DNA of 43,310 bases from NCBI GenBank assembly GCA_964605435.1, contig CAZSDE010000001.1:1-43310 (forward strand). The letters run 5' to 3'. Below are positions 18,238 through 27,542 of the stretch, in pieces (the stretch's first letter is position 1; the number at the start of each line of letters is the position of its first letter). The position numbers were made by a program, and so were the translations under genes. This DNA is from an uncultured Akkermansia sp. GTDB taxonomy: Bacteria; Verrucomicrobiota; Verrucomicrobiia; Verrucomicrobiales; V1-33. The notes under the pieces are model-generated. The model was not told the DNA's origin, did not search any database, and was given only the letters and a program-made list of their open reading frames with translations.

Positions 18238-20106
18238 CTACAGCCCGAACCGCCGCATCATCCACTCGACATTGAGCAGCGACCAGATCAGCAGCCGCCG
18301 GTTCTCACGGCCGTCCAGATGCTCCTGCACCAGCGACAGAGCCGTTCCGCGGTCCAGCACCTGCCAGATGCGCGCATCTCCTCCCATCAGCTCTTTCCTC
18401 ACGTAGTCAATGCTCTCGCCCTTGAACCAAGCCGCATCCGGAGCCGAAAAGCCCTGCTTCTCCCCACCCGAAATCTCATCCGGCACATACCGCTTCATGA
18501 TCTCGCGCAGCGCCAGCTTCCCATCGCTCGTCCGCTGAAAATACCGCACCGCCTTGGCCCCAGTCTCGTTCTCGTTGATCCTCGTCACCTCGCCAAGGTT
18601 CCGCAGCTTCATCGCCACCGGCAGGCGCTGCGCAAAATCCACCAGATCATTGTCCAGAAACGGAACCCGCGTCTCCAGACTGTGCGCCATGCTCAGCTTG
18701 TCCTCCACCACCAGCAGACCATGCAGAAAAGTCTTCGCTTCAAAATACAGCGAGTGATTGATGTAATCCTCAGGCCGCCGCAGCTCACTCGCATGCGTCG
18801 CAAATACCCCGCGGAAAATATCCCGCGTGCTCACCCCACGCACCTTCTCCCACACCGGTCCAAAGAATGATGCCGTCAGCCGCGACGGAATCAGCCGCTG
18901 CCAGTAGCTGTAATACTTGTCGATGTAATCCTCGAATCCCGTATTCACCGCCGCACGGTAATACCGCCACGGATACCCACCGAACAATTCATCCCCGCCA
19001 GCACCGGAAAGACATACCTTCACAAACCGGCTCGCCAGATACGCCGCATAGAAATTCGGATAGCTCTGCCCCACCCGCGGCTCTTCCAGATGCCACGCAA
19101 ACCGCGGCATGATCCGCTCCATGTCCCCGCTCTTCAGCACCATCTCGTAATGCTCCGTCCGGAACAGATACGACATGTGCTCAGCCCGCGCCCGTTCATC
19201 AAAACTCAGCTCGATCCCCGATGCCGATCGAAGATCAAACCCGCACGTGAACGTCCGCAGCAAAGGTACCTGCTGCGCCGCCAGCGCACTGATCGACCCC
19301 GAATCCATCCCCCCGCTCAGATAGGATCCAATGTCCACATCACTCACCATCTGACGCGAAACCGCCTGACGGAACAGACGGTCAAGTTCCTCAATGGCCT
19401 CAGGCCCGCTCAGCGACGGGTCTTCCGTGAACTGAAAATCCCAGAACCTCCGCAGCACCGGTGCCGACCCCGCCCGCACCGTCAGCAGGCAGCCAGCCGG
19501 GAGTAGCTTCACCCCGCGGAACATGGTCCGGTCCGTGAAGAAATTCTGAAAGGTGAAGTACTCCAGCAACCCTTCCTCATCAAGAACCGCCCGCGCCGCA
19601 GGATGCGCCAGCACCGCCTTGATCTCGCTCCCGAACAGAAACACCCCGCCCCATTCCCCATAATACAACGGCTTCACCCCATAACGGTCCCTCGCCAGCA
19701 GCAGCGTTCCCTTCCGCCCATCCCATACCGCAAATCCAAACATCCCATTGAGCCGACCCACCACCGCTTCCCCCCACTCCACATACCCACGCAGCAGCAC
19801 CTCCGTATCACTCCGCGACCGGAAGACATGACCACAACGCTCCAGTTCATCCCGCAGCTCCCGGAAATTGTAGATCTCCCCATTGTACGAAAGCACCACC
19901 TGACCGTCCTCGGTCGCCATCGGCTGACTGCCCGCCTCCGTCAGATCAATGATCGCCAGCCGGCGGTGACCCAAGCCCACCGGCCCGCTCACCCACTGTC
20001 CCTCCCCATCCGGACCACGGTGAGCGATGGCATCAGTCATGCCACGCAAGGCGTCCCGGGAAGCGGGCGCACTATCATTATGAAGGATTCCTGCAATGCC
20101 GCACAT
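18238..20106 (-). CDS. asnB: asparagine synthase (glutamine-hydrolysing) family amidotransferase, paralog 2
   Basis: MCGIAG start, GATase-II domain, and the LSGGMDSGS PP-loop. Confidence 0.9.
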   Translation of the reverse strand: MCGIAGILHNDSAPASRDALRGMTDAIAHRGPDGEGQWVSGPVGLGHRRLAIIDLTEAGSQPMATEDGQVVLSYNGEIYNFRELRDELERCGHVFRSRSDTEVLLRGYVEWGEAVVGRLNGMFGFAVWDGRKGTLLLARDRYGVKPLYYGEWGGVFLFGSEIKAVLAHPAARAVLDEEGLLEYFTFQNFFTDRTMFRGVKLLPAGCLLTVRAGSAPVLRRFWDFQFTEDPSLSGPEAIEELDRLFRQAVSRQMVSDVDIGSYLSGGMDSGSISALAAQQVPLLRTFTCGFDLRSASGIELSFDERARAEHMSYLFRTEHYEMVLKSGDMERIMPRFAWHLEEPRVGQSYPNFYAAYLASRFVKVCLSGAGGDELFGGYPWRYYRAAVNTGFEDYIDKYYSYWQRLIPSRLTASFFGPVWEKVRGVSTRDIFRGVFATHASELRRPEDYINHSLYFEAKTFLHGLLVVEDKLSMAHSLETRVPFLDNDLVDFAQRLPVAMKLRNLGEVTRINENETGAKAVRYFQRTSDGKLALREIMKRYVPDEISGGEKQGFSAPDAAWFKGESIDYVRKELMGGDARIWQVLDRGTALSLVQEHLDGRENRRLLIWSLLNVEWMMRRFGL

Positions 20107-20136
20107 GATGATTGATTCGCTGAATTCGCCAAACCC

Positions 20137-20994
20137 TCAGTTCCCGCCACACACCGTGGCCAGACCTTCCTCCACAGACACGGGAATCACCCCGGTCAGC
20201 TCCGTCATCTTCGCACAACTCGCCGCAATCCCGCCATCCAGCGGAACCTCGTGTTCCCCGAAAACAGGCTCGCGCCCAAGCAGCCGACCCGCCACCTCCG
20301 CAATCTCCCGGATCCCCGTCGCCTCAGGCCCGCAGACATTGAATGTCTCGGATCCCTCCGATCCAAGCCGCGCCAGCACCACCCGCACCACATCCCCCAC
20401 CAGTACCGGACTCAGACCCGGCATCCCATTCGCCCGCACAAGGACGGGCCTACCCTCCCGCACCCGCGACACAATGTCCGGTATCAGCCGGAATCCCTGC
20501 TGCCCCAGCCCATACGGACTGAAAATGCGCAGCAGATCGACCGCCAGTCTGCCTCGGAATTCACCCAGCAAGGCCTCGGCCGCCAGCTTCGTCTGCGCAT
20601 AATATCCAGTCCCCGCCAGCGCATGCGACTCGGTAATCACTTCCCGCGCAAATCCATACACGGACCCGGAGGAAGCATAGATCATCCGGCGGGCCCCGCA
20701 GCGCACCCCATGCACCGCCATGGCCACGGCACTGCCGCAGTTCACCGCCAGCAGCTCCCGGGCATGCTCCGGAAAACTGAGATTCGCCTGCGCCAGATGA
20801 ATGAGCACGTCCGCCACCGGCAGACCATCCGCCGGAAGGTTCCCAAGATCCATCGGCACAGCGGTAGCCCCCGCCGCTACCCGGCCCTCCCCACCCGGCC
20901 GCACCAGCACCGCCACGTCATGCCCCGCCGCCACCAGCGCAGGCACCAGATGCGACCCAATGAAACCTGTGCCGCCAGCAACAAGAATTCTCAT
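20137..20994 (-). CDS. NAD-dependent epimerase/dehydratase (extended SDR)
   Basis: MRILVAGGTGFIGSHL Rossmann motif and YAQTK catalytic YxxxK. Confidence 0.8.
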   Translation of the reverse strand: MRILVAGGTGFIGSHLVPALVAAGHDVAVLVRPGGEGRVAAGATAVPMDLGNLPADGLPVADVLIHLAQANLSFPEHARELLAVNCGSAVAMAVHGVRCGARRMIYASSGSVYGFAREVITESHALAGTGYYAQTKLAAEALLGEFRGRLAVDLLRIFSPYGLGQQGFRLIPDIVSRVREGRPVLVRANGMPGLSPVLVGDVVRVVLARLGSEGSETFNVCGPEATGIREIAEVAGRLLGREPVFGEHEVPLDGGIAASCAKMTELTGVIPVSVEEGLATVCGGN

Positions 20995-21038
20995 GACCTC
21001 AACAGGGAAGGGGACTTTGCAGGATCGCTCGACACAGA

Positions 21039-22025
21039 TCAGCTCCGCTGCTTGCGCGCCTCCAGCTCGGCAATGTAGCTCCGCCGCCAGTCAATGAGCC
21101 GCTGCATCCCATCCTCCAGCCCAATCGTCCACTGGAAACCCAGATCACGCTCGGCCGCCTCCGTCGAACCAATCCGGTTGGTCACAAACGTCAGCCCGGC
21201 CGGCAGATACTCGATCTCGGCCTCCTTCCCGGAAAGCCGGATCAGCAGTTCGGTCAGTTCCTTGATGCTCGTCCCGATGCCCCGGCCCACATTATAGCTC
21301 TTGCCGGTCGCCTCGGACTTCATCGCACAGATGTTGGCCCGCGCCACATCCTCCACCGCCACGAAATCATACTGCTGCGACCCATCCCCGTAAACCTGCG
21401 GCCGCCCGCCCGACTCCAGACGGTCGAGAATCTTGTGCATCACAGCAATGTACGCCCCTTTGTAATCCTGCCGCGGACCATACACATTCATGTACCGCAA
21501 CCCCACCCACGGAAGCTGATACCGCTTCCCCAGCGACAGAAACATGTGCTCGCCCGCAATCTTCGTCGCCCCATAGAAGGTGTCGTTGTTGTACGGATGC
21601 TCCTCCGTCATCGGAATCTCCACGGCATTCCCATACACCGAAGCCGACGACGAATACACCACCCGCTGCACCTTGCTCCGGATCGCCGCCATGATCACGT
21701 TGAACGTCCCCTCCACATTCACACGGAACGCACTCTCCGGGAATTCATGACAGTGCAGCAGCCACAGCGCCGCCAGATGAAATACCCCGTCAATCCCCTC
21801 CATCGCCTTCTCCAGAATGTCCCGCTGCGTGATGTCCCCCCCAATCTCAAAGACCCGGCACCGCGGATCCTTGAGCGCTTCCCGCAGGTTGTCCTCCCGT
21901 CCACGCGTGAAATTGTCGTAAATCAGAACCTCCTTCACCGGTTCCTTCAGAAGCTGATCGACCACATGCGACCCAATCAGGCCAGCACCGCCAATCACCA
22001 GTATGCGTTTTCCATTGAGATCCAT
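21039..22025 (-). CDS. NAD-dependent nucleotide-sugar epimerase/dehydratase (extended SDR)
   Basis: ILVIGGAGLIGSH Rossmann motif and YGATK YxxxK. 328 aa, GalE/WbpP-like length. Confidence 0.8.
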   Translation of the reverse strand: MDLNGKRILVIGGAGLIGSHVVDQLLKEPVKEVLIYDNFTRGREDNLREALKDPRCRVFEIGGDITQRDILEKAMEGIDGVFHLAALWLLHCHEFPESAFRVNVEGTFNVIMAAIRSKVQRVVYSSSASVYGNAVEIPMTEEHPYNNDTFYGATKIAGEHMFLSLGKRYQLPWVGLRYMNVYGPRQDYKGAYIAVMHKILDRLESGGRPQVYGDGSQQYDFVAVEDVARANICAMKSEATGKSYNVGRGIGTSIKELTELLIRLSGKEAEIEYLPAGLTFVTNRIGSTEAAERDLGFQWTIGLEDGMQRLIDWRRSYIAELEARKQRS

Positions 22026-22093
22026 AATGCAGAGTTTGGTTGAGTTGTGTTAGGAATGAATTTGGTGAGGGAAGGGAACCGGAAACGGCCGCG

Positions 22094-23293
22094 TCAGCCC
22101 GCCTGCGCGCTGATGAGCGAAACCAGGTACCGGCCAATCGCGAGCGAAGCAGTGGCTCCCGGCGACGGCGCATTGAGAAGATGCAGCTGCCCAGGAACCT
22201 GACTGATCGTGAAATCCATGAGCAGAGAACCATCGCGGTGAATGGCCTGCGCGCGCACCCCGCTGCCTCCCTCCGGAGCCAGATCATCCATCGTGATCTC
22301 CGGGATAAGCCGCTGCAGATTGCGCAGAAAGACCTCCCGGCTGAAAGAGTTCCGCAGCTCGGCCCACGTGGTCCCCGGATAGTTCTTCACAAACCGGTAG
22401 AGCCCGGGAAAGGTCAGGCTCTCCCACGTGTCGCGCAGCGAAAAGTCGGTCCGGCGATATCCTTCACGCCGGAACGCCAGCACCGCATTCGGCCCCGCTT
22501 CAATCCCGCCACCAATCATCCTCGTGAAATGCACACCCAGAAACGGCAGGGTCGGATCCGGCACCGGATAAATCAGATGCCGCACCAGCCGCTCACCCCG
22601 CGCAGACAGCTTCCAGTAGTCCCCCCGGAACGGCACAATCCGGCAGTCAGGCCGCAAGCCCGCACTGCGCGCCACCCGGTCGCACTGCAGCCCCGCACAG
22701 TTCACCACATAATCCCCACGGAAATCACCAGCCGTACTGTGCACAATCTGCCCGCCACCATCAGTCGTGACTCCGCTCACCGCGGCCCCCGTCCGTACCT
22801 CATGACCCGCAGCCTCCAGCCTCCGCACCATCGCCCGCATCACCGCCGGGTAGTCGACAATCCCTTCCTCGGGAACCTGCAGCGCAGCCACCCCACGCGC
22901 ATGCGGCTCAATCCCGCGGAGCTGTTCCTGATCCAGCCACCGCAGCCCACGCAGCCCATTGGCGGTCCCGCGCTCGAGCAGGGCCCGCAGCCTCACGGCT
23001 TCGGCCTCATCCACAGCCAGGACAATCTTCCCGCAGATCTCATAGGGAACCTGCTCCTCCGCACAGAAGGCAGTCATCTCCCGGATCCCCTCAACCGCCA
23101 GCCGCGCCTTGAGCGAACCCGGCTGATAGTACAAACCACAGTGCAGGACCCCGGAATTGTGACTGCTCTGATGCTGGCCAGCCGCGGACTCCTTCTCAAG
23201 AACCGTGATCCGTTCCGCGAGCCTCGCCTCAGCCGCACGCACGGCCGTGGCCAGCCCAACGATTCCCCCTCCGATGATGATGAGATGCTTCAT
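22094..23293 (-). CDS. lhgO: L-2-hydroxyglutarate oxidase/dehydrogenase (FAD-dependent)
   Basis: IIGGGIVGLATA FAD fold followed by blocks I recognise from E. coli LhgO/YgaF: LEKES..HQSSHNSGVLH.GLYY.PGSLKA, HLIYPVPDP.LPFLGVH.TRMI, GPNAVLAFRREGY, NAPSPGATAS. Its ATG overlaps the upstream stop (ATGA at 23290-23293). Confidence 0.85.
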   Translation of the reverse strand: MKHLIIIGGGIVGLATAVRAAEARLAERITVLEKESAAGQHQSSHNSGVLHCGLYYQPGSLKARLAVEGIREMTAFCAEEQVPYEICGKIVLAVDEAEAVRLRALLERGTANGLRGLRWLDQEQLRGIEPHARGVAALQVPEEGIVDYPAVMRAMVRRLEAAGHEVRTGAAVSGVTTDGGGQIVHSTAGDFRGDYVVNCAGLQCDRVARSAGLRPDCRIVPFRGDYWKLSARGERLVRHLIYPVPDPTLPFLGVHFTRMIGGGIEAGPNAVLAFRREGYRRTDFSLRDTWESLTFPGLYRFVKNYPGTTWAELRNSFSREVFLRNLQRLIPEITMDDLAPEGGSGVRAQAIHRDGSLLMDFTISQVPGQLHLLNAPSPGATASLAIGRYLVSLISAQAG

Positions 23294-24114
23294 GGCTGCT
23301 CTTTCTTCCGAACCAACGTTCCCAGCGCCGCCGCCAGCCGCGCCCCGGATTCGGCCGCGAGATGCACCGAATCCGTATACACCAGCTGCCGATCCAGCGT
23401 CGGCTTCAGATCAAGCAGCGGAATCCCCGCCGCAGCACTGACCTGCCGCGCGATGCGGTACTCCCGCTCCCGCTCGCGCCCCTGATCGGGCAGCATCACC
23501 AGAATTACCCGCGCTCCCAGCATCCGGATCCGCACCACCCGCTCCAGCAGAGCCGCCGCAATCGGATCATTCCCGCCATCCGCCACAGCGACCTCCATGC
23601 CCGGCAACTCCACGGCTCCTCCCCCATCCTCGCCCGACTTCACCCGGCTATGCAGCCGCGAATAAATCAGATCCACAGGCCGCTCCCGATACCGCAGCAA
23701 GGGTACAGCTTCCCGGATCCGATGACCCATCCCCCCAGCCGCCGCGGCGACGGCACGCGCATTCTCCGGCGCCACCGACCCCGCCGCATTCACCTCCACA
23801 AAAACCGTGAGCGGCCGCAGTCCCGACTCCAGCAGAAAATCCAGAGCCTCGACCGGTCCACAGCCATCCAATCCAAGATTCACAAAGGGCACCCCAGCCG
23901 CCGCGGCCGCCGCCCCGGCATCAAGCCGCCCGGTCATGCTCGACCCCGCCAGCACATGACCGGGCCTCGTCTCGGCCCGCAGATCGCTGATCCGGATGCA
24001 GTTCGTGATGATATTGGAAGTCGAAAGCTCCACTTTCCGCCCCGGCACAGTGACCCCCACGGCATGCACCGCCAGCAGCCCCGCCGTCACCATCAGCTCA
24101 TGTGGCATCCTCAT
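23290..24114 (-). CDS. SGNH/GDSL-like hypothetical protein, probable partner of the adjacent MBOAT
   Basis: N-terminal hydrophobic anchor (LMVTAGLLAVHAVGV), a GSS block early and a C-terminal DSVH (DxxH) block as in SGNH hydrolases. It begins 4 nt after the MBOAT stop. Start taken at ATG 24114. Confidence 0.55.
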   Translation of the reverse strand: MRMPHELMVTAGLLAVHAVGVTVPGRKVELSTSNIITNCIRISDLRAETRPGHVLAGSSMTGRLDAGAAAAAAGVPFVNLGLDGCGPVEALDFLLESGLRPLTVFVEVNAAGSVAPENARAVAAAAGGMGHRIREAVPLLRYRERPVDLIYSRLHSRVKSGEDGGGAVELPGMEVAVADGGNDPIAAALLERVVRIRMLGARVILVMLPDQGREREREYRIARQVSAAAGIPLLDLKPTLDRQLVYTDSVHLAAESGARLAAALGTLVRKKEQP

Positions 24115-24118
24115 CGGC

Positions 24119-25582
24119 TCAGAACTGAAAATAGATGAAGGATCCACCCACCCCGGCATTCACCAGCGTCAAATACAGCATCAGCCCGAACACCACCGGT
24201 TCAGCCACACGCCGCCACCGCGCCCCGCCCGCCACCACCGGCCGGAAATATCCCCACAGATGATAGAGCACGACCGGCAGGCCATACACCACCACAAGGA
24301 AAGTCGCCCGACCCCGCATTCCCATGGGCGCATCCCGCAGCGCCCCCAGATACCTCTGGAGCGATTCCAGATCAGGCATCGCAAACAACAGCCACACAAG
24401 GGACACCAGATGAAAGGTCAGGATGATCCTCCCGAATTGCCGCCACGACCGCTGCACCGCGGAACTCTCGCCGGCCTGCACCCCAAGGAGCCGCTCCACT
24501 GCCAGCAGCACACCATGCGCCGCGCCCCACAGCGCAAACCGCCACGCCGCCCCATGCCACAGACCACCCAGCAGCATCACCAGAAACAGATTGAAATAGG
24601 TCCGGCCTGATCCCTTCCGGTTCCCACCCAGCGGAAAATAAAGATAGTCACGCAGCCAGTTGCTCAGCGATATGTGCCACCGCCGCCAGAACTCGGTCAC
24701 AGAGGCCGACACATACGGATAATTGAAGTTCACCGGCAGCCGGTACCCGCACAAGGCCGCCAGCCCGAGCGCAATCAGCGAATACCCCGCGAAATCCGCG
24801 AAGATCCGGAAGGAATACCCATAAAGCATCCCCACCAGATCCAGCTTCTTCATCCACAGCACATTCGTCGTCCCAATGAGATCGGTGTGCTCCCGCAGAT
24901 TGTCGGCCACCACCATCTTCAGAAAAAATCCCGTGATCAGATAACGCAGCGCCACCCGCCACGGAATGTCCCGCAACTCCCGCGGCCCAATCTGCGGAAG
25001 AAACTCCCGCGCCTTCATGATCGGTCCCGCCACCAGCTGTGGAAAGAAGTTGATGTACAAGGCCAGCTTGCCCAGTGGCCGCAGCAGCCCCCGGCCAGCC
25101 AGTTCTTCCACAAACGGCAACAGCTTCGGCTCGCTCCCGCCCGCCCGCGACAGATCCACGAGGAACGAGATTGCGTGAAACGTATAGAAGGAAATCCCCA
25201 CAGGCAGCGGAATGGCATGAAGCGATGCCCTCAGCTCCGCCCGCCCCTCCCCGGGAAACAAAAGCTCGCCAAGCAGGCCGGCATACTTGAAGGCCGCCAG
25301 CAGTACCAGATTCGCCGCGACCCCAAACGCCAGCAGCCCCCGCGGAACAGATCCGCCATCCGCCAGCTTCCGAGCCATGGCCCGCCCGACCCCGAAATTG
25401 AAAAGAATACTCCCGCACAGCAGAATCAGCAGCTTCGGATCATCCCACGCATAAAAGACAAAACTCGCCACCGCGAGCACGCCCCACTGCCACGCCCCCA
25501 GCACCCGGGCCACCGGCGGCAGCCAGTACAACCCAAGGACCACCGCCAGAAAGACGGCAAATTCGACGGAATTGAAAAGCAT
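24119..25582 (-). CDS. MBOAT family membrane-bound O-acyltransferase (AlgI/DltB-like)
   Basis: MLFNSVEFAVFLAVVL opening typical of AlgI/DltB, polytopic, with WRRWHISLS..L+DY.Y..LGG and GLWHGA blocks carrying the conserved His. Confidence 0.9.
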   Translation of the reverse strand: MLFNSVEFAVFLAVVLGLYWLPPVARVLGAWQWGVLAVASFVFYAWDDPKLLILLCGSILFNFGVGRAMARKLADGGSVPRGLLAFGVAANLVLLAAFKYAGLLGELLFPGEGRAELRASLHAIPLPVGISFYTFHAISFLVDLSRAGGSEPKLLPFVEELAGRGLLRPLGKLALYINFFPQLVAGPIMKAREFLPQIGPRELRDIPWRVALRYLITGFFLKMVVADNLREHTDLIGTTNVLWMKKLDLVGMLYGYSFRIFADFAGYSLIALGLAALCGYRLPVNFNYPYVSASVTEFWRRWHISLSNWLRDYLYFPLGGNRKGSGRTYFNLFLVMLLGGLWHGAAWRFALWGAAHGVLLAVERLLGVQAGESSAVQRSWRQFGRIILTFHLVSLVWLLFAMPDLESLQRYLGALRDAPMGMRGRATFLVVVYGLPVVLYHLWGYFRPVVAGGARWRRVAEPVVFGLMLYLTLVNAGVGGSFIYFQF

Positions 25583-25645
25583 CGGAATAGCCGACTATCA
25601 TTCCATTCGCTCCCTGCCCGCAGCCCTGCCGCGGTCTTCCTTCCC

Positions 25646-26833
25646 TCACAGCCACCCCGCAATCGCCGCAATGACCGCTTCGCGCTGCTCAACCGTCAGC
25701 TCGGGGAAAATCGGAATGCTGATGACTTCGGAGGCCAGCCGATGCGCGGTGGCACAGCCGGATCGCGCAAAGTCACTCGTGTACGCAAAGCATTCCTGCT
25801 GATCCATGGTCACCGGATAGTAGATCTCACAGCCGATCCCGCTCTTCGTGAGATGCTCGCGGAAGGCGTCACGCCGGCCTTCCCCGATGATCCGCAGGGT
25901 ATACTGATTCCAGATGTGCTCGTTGTGGGCATACGCCACCGGCAGCACGATCTTCGCACCGGTCTCCCGCAGCCACGCATCCTGAGCTTCGCGGCACTTG
26001 CAGTGCGATGGATCAGCCGTCACCACCCCGGGCAATTCCGCAAGCACCGCACTGTAATGCGCAGCATTGGCCTGCCGCTTCACCGTGTAATCCCCATACC
26101 GGGCCAGCTTCACCCGCAGCAGGGCCGCCTGCAGATGGTCCAGCCGGAAATTCCCGCCCACGAACTTGTGATAGTACTTTGGCTTGGACCCATGCGTCCG
26201 CAGCAGCCTCGCCCGCTCCGCCAAGCCATCATCCTGACACACCAGTAGCCCGCCATCCCCAAAGCCACCAAGATTCTTCGACGGGAAAAAACTGTACGTC
26301 CCGAAGTCCCCGATCGATCCCACCGGACGCCCGCGGTACTTCGCTCCAATCGCCTGCGCCCCATCCTCAATGACCGCCAGCCCATGCGACTTCGCCAGCC
26401 CCATGACCGCATCCATGTCGGCGGACTGGCCGAACAGATGCACCGGAATGATCGCTTTGGTCCTTTCCGTTACCTTTCCCGCGGCACTGGCCGCGTCGAC
26501 ATTGAAGCACACCGGACAGGCATCCACAAACACCGGCGTCGCCCCCACCCGCGTAACGCAGCCAGCCGTCGCAAAGAAGGTAAACGTCGGCACCAGAACC
26601 TCGTCGCCCGGTCCAATCCCCAGCGCCATGAGCGCCAGCAGAATCGCATCCGTCCCGGAGGAACAGCCAATCCCATGCTTCGCCTCCACCATGGCCGCAC
26701 ATTCCCGCTCCAGCGCTTCCACCTCGGGTCCCATGATGAACTGACCGCTCCGCAGCACACCAGTGAAGGCTGCCGTCAGCTCGGCCTCGAGCGGAAGGTT
26801 CTGAGCATTGACATCAAGAAGCGGTACTTTCAC
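25646..26833 (-). CDS. DegT/DnrJ/EryC1-family PLP sugar aminotransferase (WbpE/WlbC-like)
   Basis: GQFIMGPEV, SSGTDAILLAL and SFFPSKNLGGFGDGG (PLP lysine block). GTG start at 26833 gives (M)KVPLLDV. Confidence 0.85.
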   Translation of the reverse strand: MKVPLLDVNAQNLPLEAELTAAFTGVLRSGQFIMGPEVEALERECAAMVEAKHGIGCSSGTDAILLALMALGIGPGDEVLVPTFTFFATAGCVTRVGATPVFVDACPVCFNVDAASAAGKVTERTKAIIPVHLFGQSADMDAVMGLAKSHGLAVIEDGAQAIGAKYRGRPVGSIGDFGTYSFFPSKNLGGFGDGGLLVCQDDGLAERARLLRTHGSKPKYYHKFVGGNFRLDHLQAALLRVKLARYGDYTVKRQANAAHYSAVLAELPGVVTADPSHCKCREAQDAWLRETGAKIVLPVAYAHNEHIWNQYTLRIIGEGRRDAFREHLTKSGIGCEIYYPVTMDQQECFAYTSDFARSGCATAHRLASEVISIPIFPELTVEQREAVIAAIAGWL

Positions 26834-26878
26834 GGCAGTGGAATGGTCAGGGATGTTTTACAGGGAAGAAAGGGCCAG

Positions 26879-27529
26879 TCAGCGGGCCGCCGACTTGAAT
26901 TCGTCGTATGAAAGTGTTCCCGCCGCAAGCTCGGGGGGCAGGGGATCGTCTTCCCCAAGGGTGAGACACCGGACCACGCCGTCCCGCAGTTCATAGACAA
27001 AGCCCGATTCCGGACAACGGGCCTGCCCGTCCGACCCGAACTGCAGCCGATGCCCATGCCGGCTCATCCATCCACTCAGCCGCCCCGGCACTCCCATCAC
27101 GAAACCATAGTCGGGCACGTCCTTGGCCACCACCGCCCCGGCCGCCACAAAGCTGTACCGCCCCAGGGTGATCCCGCATACAATGGTCGCATTCGCTCCC
27201 ACGGTCGTCCCCCGCCGGATCAGGGTCCTTTCATAAAGACTGTGCCGCTTCACCTGACTCCTCGGGTTGGTGACATTGGTAAGCACACACGAAGGCCCAA
27301 GGAAGACGTCGTCCTCCACCACGGTCCCGGTGTAGATGGCCACATTGTTCTGCACCTTCACATTGGAACCAATCACGACGTCGTTCGCCACCATCGTGTT
27401 CTGACCAAAGATGCAGTTCTCCCCGATGCGGGCTCCAGGACAGATGTGCGCAAAATGCCAGATCTTCGTCCCCTCGCCAATGGTGACCGGAGCATCGATG
27501 ACGGCAGTCGGATGGGCATAGTATGGCAT
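26879..27529 (-). CDS. wbpD: left-handed beta-helix N-acetyltransferase, WbpD/WlbB-like (UDP-2-acetamido-3-amino-2,3-dideoxy-glucuronate N-acetyltransferase)
   Basis: MPYYAHPTAVID...IWHFAHI..GARIG...NPRS...GANATIVCG...GVPGR..GWMS..G..L is collinear with the WbpD/WlbB sequences I recall, including the distinctive C-terminal tail. ATG at 27529. Confidence 0.8.
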   Translation of the reverse strand: MPYYAHPTAVIDAPVTIGEGTKIWHFAHICPGARIGENCIFGQNTMVANDVVIGSNVKVQNNVAIYTGTVVEDDVFLGPSCVLTNVTNPRSQVKRHSLYERTLIRRGTTVGANATIVCGITLGRYSFVAAGAVVAKDVPDYGFVMGVPGRLSGWMSRHGHRLQFGSDGQARCPESGFVYELRDGVVRCLTLGEDDPLPPELAAGTLSYDEFKSAAR

Positions 27530-27542
27530 GGCTGAGAGAAAT

